Below are positions 63,804 through 64,000 of a stretch of 64,000 bases of DNA, piece after piece. Made by a program: the position numbers and the translations under genes. The DNA is from Trichomonas gallinae (lineage: Eukaryota), in NCBI GenBank assembly GCA_008369845.1, contig MRSU01005936.1, forward strand, positions 1 to 64,000, written 5' to 3'. The notes beneath the pieces were generated by a model. That model saw nothing but the letters and a program-made list of their open reading frames with translations. It was not told the origin of the DNA and ran no database searches. The stretch's first letter is position 1; every line of letters starts with the position of its first letter.

Positions 63804-64000
63804 TGGACTTATATTATTTTTGTATGTTTTTGTATTATAAAAGCAAAGTTTAAAGAAATGTAAATAAGCAAAAACAGTGAACAAGATGTATACGCACGAC
63901 TTCATCCTTCACTCGAAGATCTACAGCACTTTCTCCTCTGATATACATGTTTTAGATATAGTTCACAAAACAAGGTATTATCTAATTACGAAAAGTTTTT

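Noticed and set aside
397..63840. Many 60-200 aa ORFs antisense to or overlapping long genes (e.g. 14997-15566, 27111-27722, 58909-59529, 63466-63840)
   Set aside because: Shadow frames of real CDSs with no recognisable motifs.
1..64000. Spliceosomal introns, tRNA and rRNA genes
   Set aside because: No trichomonad ACTAACACACAG 3' intron motif, cloverleaf or rRNA-like block was spotted by eye. A dedicated scan could still find short ones.

Overview
AT-rich, gene-dense eukaryotic DNA with no introns detected, most consistent with a trichomonad (Trichomonas vaginalis or a close relative). The evidence is a hydrogenosome-type HydF with an ML...RF presequence, a BspA-like LRR surface protein, ankyrin families, Inr/AAAGTGAC/CCTTT core-promoter motifs and stop codons embedded in TAAA. 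About 33 intact genes are present, including RPS20, Vps51, Vps15, DnaJ, cyclin, Mob/phocein, ARMH1, TMEM18, metallothionein, a PP2A-like phosphatase, a flavodoxin-fold reductase, USB1, Rpn3, HydF and Trf4, interspersed with several decayed genes. Signals that the gene list does not explain: (1) a TTTACATGACA-type motif forming a roughly helically phased array in a divergent promoter (62.1-62.45 kb) and recurring near other starts; (2) a 21-bp-phased GTCA array at 49.3 kb; (3) a two-hairpin segment ending in oligo(T) at 55.0 kb; (4) a hAT-like transposon end at the window start; (5) several pseudoenzymes; (6) a surface-protein-like gene whose conserved N-terminus has no in-frame ATG. All family calls come from motif recognition by eye, not from database searches.
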